In this document: positions 59,303 through 64,000 of the stretch, piece by piece
Layout of the letters: each line of letters starts with the position of its first letter
Position numbering within the stretch: position 1 is the stretch's first letter
Assembly (NCBI GenBank): GCA_965235115.1
Contig: OZ249436.1
Span: 22,446,001-22,510,000 of the forward strand
Source: Laetmonice hystrix
Lineage: Eukaryota
Length of the DNA: 64,000 nt
Direction: 5' to 3'
Notes under the pieces: generated by a model
Seen by the model: only the letters and a program-made list of their open reading frames with translations
What the model was told of the DNA's origin: nothing
Database searches by the model: none
Made by a program: the position numbers and the translations under genes

Positions 59303-62300
59303 TTATCCCATTTCCACTCTGTGGAAATGGGATCTTGTTGTTGTATGGTTTCGTGTACACTATTATTATTATTCTTCCTGTAGTAAGACAAGGCTGGCCA
59401 TTCGCTCAGTTTTTAAGGTATCTGAATGAAACTTGGACAGAAGGTTCACCTAGGCAAGGACACCTGGCACCCAGATGCATTACGTCATAGGACGTAATTT
59501 GGACGTTTTATGACGTAATATTGGCGTTTTTCAGCTAAATTTTGAAGTCGTTTTTCATAGTGCTCTGAGAAGATACTCAAGAAGCGTTAATGCCATCTGA
59601 TGAACATTAAGTCCACTAATAATTTTCTAGGTGAAGTTGACCTGTGACCTTTGCCCTTAGTCGAAATTAGGTCAGAGGTCGGAAAACGCTTAAAACGTAT
59701 CTTCTCCCTCAATTTTCAATAAAATTTCACCAAATTGGGCAGAGAGGCTCCTGATAGGAGGGTGCTTAAAAGTTTGGCTGGATTTTTTGATTTGACCTAG
59801 TTTCACCCTGTCACGTGACTTTAAACATGTGCATATGTTATGTTTGCATAGAGAATATACAATTTTGTATCTATGCAATATCTAAGCAATATCTAAGCAT
59901 ATTTTAGACAGGTTTGTTAGCCTGTCATACATAAAACATGTTTCAATTATTTTTTTTTCAGAATTGACCCTGTGACCTTTGACCTTTGGCAAAATTAGTT
60001 GCAATATATGGAATCGCCTGTACCTTGAAAACAAGGCAAAATAAGCCAATAGTTGCTATTAATCAAGTATAGGAAGTCATATATTGCCTTTCATTTGGCA
60101 CCATTTGTACTTCGCTACAGTGACCTTGAAAGGTCAAATCTATGACCTACATAATTATATTCAATGCTCTGTATCTTGGAAACCGTGCACAATAGGCCCA
60201 TAGTTACTATTAAACATAGATAGGAAGTCATATATGGCCTTTCATTTGGCGCCATTTGTACTTCGCTACAGTGACCTTGAAAGGTCAAATCCATGACCTA
60301 CATATATTCAATGCTCTGTATCTTGGAAACCGTGCACAATAGGCCCATAGTTACTATTAAACATAGATAGGAAGTCATATATGGCCTTTCATTTGGCGCC
60401 ATTTGTACTTCGCTACAGTGACCTTGAAAGGTCAAATCCATGACCTACATATATTCAATGCTCCGTATCTTTGAAACCGTGCATAATAGGCCCATAGTTA
60501 CTAATAAACATAGATAGGAAGATATATATGGCAATTCATTTGGCGCCATTTTTATTTCTCTGGAGTGACCTTGAAAGGTCAAATCCGTGACCTGCCAATA
60601 TTCAAAGCTCTGTATCTTGGAAACCATGCACAATAGGCCAATAGTTACTATTAAACATGGATAGGAAGTCATATATGGCCTTTCATTTGGCGCCATTTTT
60701 ATTTCTCTGGAGTGACCTTGAAAGGTCAAATTGGTGACCTGCCAATATTCAGAGCTCTGTATCTTGGAAACCGTGCATGTTAGGCCCGTGGTTACTGTTA
60801 ATCATATATAGGAAGTCATATATGGGCTTTCAGTTAGCGCCATCTTTTTTTCTCTGGAGTGACCTTGAAAGGTCAAATTGGTGACCTGCCAATATTCAGA
60901 GCTCTGTATCTTGGAAACCGTGCATGTTAGGCCCGTGGTTACTGTTAATCATATATAGGAAGTCATATATGGGCTTTCAGTTGGCGCCATCTTTTTTTCT
61001 CTGGAGTGACCTTGAAAGGTCAAATTGGTGACCTGCCAATATTCAGAGCTCTGTATCTTGGAAACCGTGCAAGCTAGGTCCATGATTACTATTAATCATG
61101 GATAGGAAGTCATATATGGCCTTTCATTCGGCGCCATCTTTATTTCAATACAGTGACCTTGAAAGGTCAAATCTATGTCCCGCCAATATATAGATTTTGT
61201 ATCTTGGAAACGATGGATGATAAGCACATAGGTACTATTAAACATGCATAGGAATTAAGTTTAGATGTTTTTTCTTAAATGTCACCTGCTTTTGTCCTTG
61301 CCCTCCCATGATACAGGAAATGGGATTTGGTGTTGCCCAGCAACCCATCGCTCTAGTTATCCCATTTCCACTCTGTGGAAATGGGATCTTGTTGTTGTAT
61401 GGTTTCGTGTACACTATTATTATTATTATTATTATTCTTCCTGTAGTAAGACAAGGCTGGCCGTTTGCTCAGTTTTTAAGGTATCTGAATGAAACTTGGA
61501 CAGAAGGTTCACCTAGGCAAGGACACCTAGCACCCAGATGCATTACGTCATAGGACGTAATTTGGACGTTTTATGACGTAATATTGGCGTTTTTCAGCTA
61601 AAGTTTGAAGTCGTTTTTTATAGTGCTCTGAGAAGATACTTAAAAAGCGTTAATGCCATCTGATAAACATTAAGTCCACTAATAATTTTCGAGGTGAAGT
61701 TGACCTGTGACCTTTGCCCTTAGTCGAAATTAGGTCAGAGGTAGGAAAATGCTTAAAACGTATCTTCTCCCTCAATTTTCAATAAAATTTCACCCAATTG
61801 GGCACAGAGGCTCCTGATAGGAGGGTGCTTAAAAGTTTGGCTGGATTTTTCGATTTGACCTAGTTTCACCCTGTCACGTGACTTTAAACATGCGAATATG
61901 GTATGTTTGCATAGAGAATATAACATTTTGCATCTATGCAATATCTAAGCAATATCTAAGCTTATTTTAGACAGGTGTGTTAGCCTGTCATACATAAAAC
62001 ATGTTTCAATGATTTTTTTCATAATTGACCCTGTGACCTTTGACCTTTGGCAAAATTAGTTGCAATATATGGAATCGCCTGTAACATGAAAACAATGCAT
62101 AATAGGCCAATAGTTGCTATTAATCAAGGATAGGAAGTCATATATGGCCTTTCATTTGGCGCCATTTGTACTTCGCTACAGTGACCTTGAAAGGTCAAAT
62201 CCATGACCTACATATATATTCAATGCTCTGTATCTTGGAAACCATGCACAATAGGCCCATAGTTACTATTAATCAAGGATAGGAAGTCATATATGGCCTT

Positions 62301-63122
62301 TCATTTGGCGCCATTTGTACTTCGCTACAGTGACCTTGAAAGGTCAAATCCATGACCTACATATATTCAATGCTCTGTATCTTGGAAACCGTGCACAATA
62401 GGCCCATAGTTACTATTAAACATAGATAGGAAGTCATATATGGCCTTTCATTTGGCGCCATTTGTACTTCGCTACAGTGACCTTGAAAGGTCAAATCCAT
62501 GACCTACATATATTCAATGCTCTGTATCTTTGAAACCGTGCACAATAGGCCCATAGTTACTAATAAACATAGATAGGAAGTCATATATGGCATTTCATTT
62601 GGCGCCATTTTTATTTCTCTGGAGTGACCTTGAAAGGTCAAATCCGTGACCTGCCAATATTCAAAGCTCTGTATCTTGGAAACCATGCACAATAGGCCAA
62701 TAGTTACTATTAAACATGGATAGGAAGTCATATATGGCCTTTCATTTGGCGCCATTTTTATTTCTCTGGAGTGACCTTGAAAGGTCAAATTGGTCACCTG
62801 CCAATATTCAGAGCTCTGTATCTTGGAAACCGTGCATGTTAGGCCCATGGTTACTGTTAATCATGGATAGGAAGTCATGTATGGCCTTTCATTCGGTGCC
62901 ATCTTTATTTCAATACAGTGACCTTGAAAGGTCAAATCTATGTCCCGCCAATATTCAGAGTTTTGTATCTTGGAAACGATGGATGTTAAGCACATAGGTA
63001 CGATTAAACATGCATAGGAATTAAGTTTAGATGTTTTTTCTTAAATGTCACCTGCCTTTGTCCTTGCCCTCCCAGGATACAGGAAATGGGATTTGGTGTT
63101 GCCCAGCAACCCATCGCTCTAG
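59303..63122 (+). mobile_element. Two head-to-tail copies of HINE family W (59303-61356 and 61357-63122) with internal satellite arrays of different length
   Basis: Identical heads (atcccatttccactctgtggaaatgggat) and tails (ggaaatgggatttggtgttgcccagcaacc..ctag). Confidence 0.82.
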
Positions 63123-64000
63123 TTATTATTATTATTAGCCCATCCCATATCCATGGGATGGGCTCTTGAAATTGTGTGGTTTCGTCTTCCCTATTATTAT
63201 TATTATTATTATTATTTGCGCAGGTGTAGTAGTAGTAGTAAAACAATCAGACTTATCTTGTAATATCTTGGTCATTTGTTATCATATCTCAACCAAACTT
63301 GGCAGGCCTGTAGACAATTAGGAAATCTCACCTTACAAATGTCAGTGACATGACGTGACGTTACGTCATGACGTAATCACGTCATTAGTATGGTGACTTT
63401 TTACCTACTTTTACCTACTTTTTAGATTACCTACTAATTAGAACATTTACATTGTTTTCTGACATTTGACACGACTCAAGGTCCTCTTTTATTTTGACCC
63501 TTTATTTGACCTTTGACCTATGACCCTAGTCAGATATGGGTCAATGGTAAGAAATCAGTCAAATCACTACTTCTCTGTCATTTTTTGTTAAATTTTGACC
63601 ATTTTTGGCAGAGACATTCCCCATTACGACATTAAAGAAATATAGCTTTGTTTAAGAGATATGACATAATTGCGCTGAACCACGTGACCTTGAAGTTTCG
63701 AACATAGGTCACATTACACATTCAGTGTGATATCTTGTAAATGGTGCAAGATACAGACAAAGTTACTATTAAAGATGAATAGGAAGTCATACATGCTCTT
63801 TCAATTGGAACCAAGATTTATGACGTAGCATGACGTATGACGTCATAATGACGTCATTGAATCTTTTGATGCTTATAACTCCTAAACGGTGAGAGAGGGA
63901 GCCATGGTTACTATTAAACATGAATAGGAAGTCATGCATGCTCTTTCAGTTGGCACCAAGATTTATGACGTAGCATGACGTATGACATCATAATGACGTC

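Larger units (their letters stand above)
50597..64000 (+). mobile_element. Second nest/tandem array of HINE-like elements
   Basis: Hairpin heads at ~50597, 50657, 50718, 52597, 57764, 59241, 59303, 61357 and 63135. 3' stem-loop + CTAG ends at 52590, 55831, 57763, 59231, 61356 and 63122. Confidence 0.75.

Noticed and set aside
60445..62997. Repeated ORFs such as MTFQGHSREIKMAPNERPYMTSY
   Set aside because: They are translations of satellite monomers, not genes.

Overview
Eukaryotic (invertebrate-like) repeat-dense DNA made almost entirely of mobile elements. The left half (1-~30.4 kb) is a near-identical ~16.2-16.5 kb tandem duplication. Each unit carries two different LINEs head-to-tail on the minus strand plus a foldback-like repeat. 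LINE-A is L2/Crack/CR1-group, with a poly(A) tail and 5-bp TSD. Its L1-type ORF1p is fused to a C-terminal NADAR/YbiA-like domain, and its ORF2 is frameshifted. LINE-B is apparently intact: ORF1 (coiled coil + SGNH esterase + KH) is joined in frame to an AUG-less APE-RT ORF2 by a single UAG. At 30416-46866 is a head-to-tail dimer of non-autonomous Harbinger elements (CTG TSDs; the empty site is visible at ~14264). The first monomer carries a 4-deep nest of Helentron-type (HINE/DINE-1-like) elements with satellite arrays. A small spliced host-like gene at ~49.2-49.65 kb encodes a secreted Arg/Tyr-rich peptide ending in Gly. A Harbinger transposase exon follows, and its intron holds a second HINE nest running to the window end. 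The best candidates for a new system are the LINE ORF1p-NADAR fusion and the ORF1-UAG-ORF2 readthrough architecture. All domain calls are by motif recognition; no searches were run.
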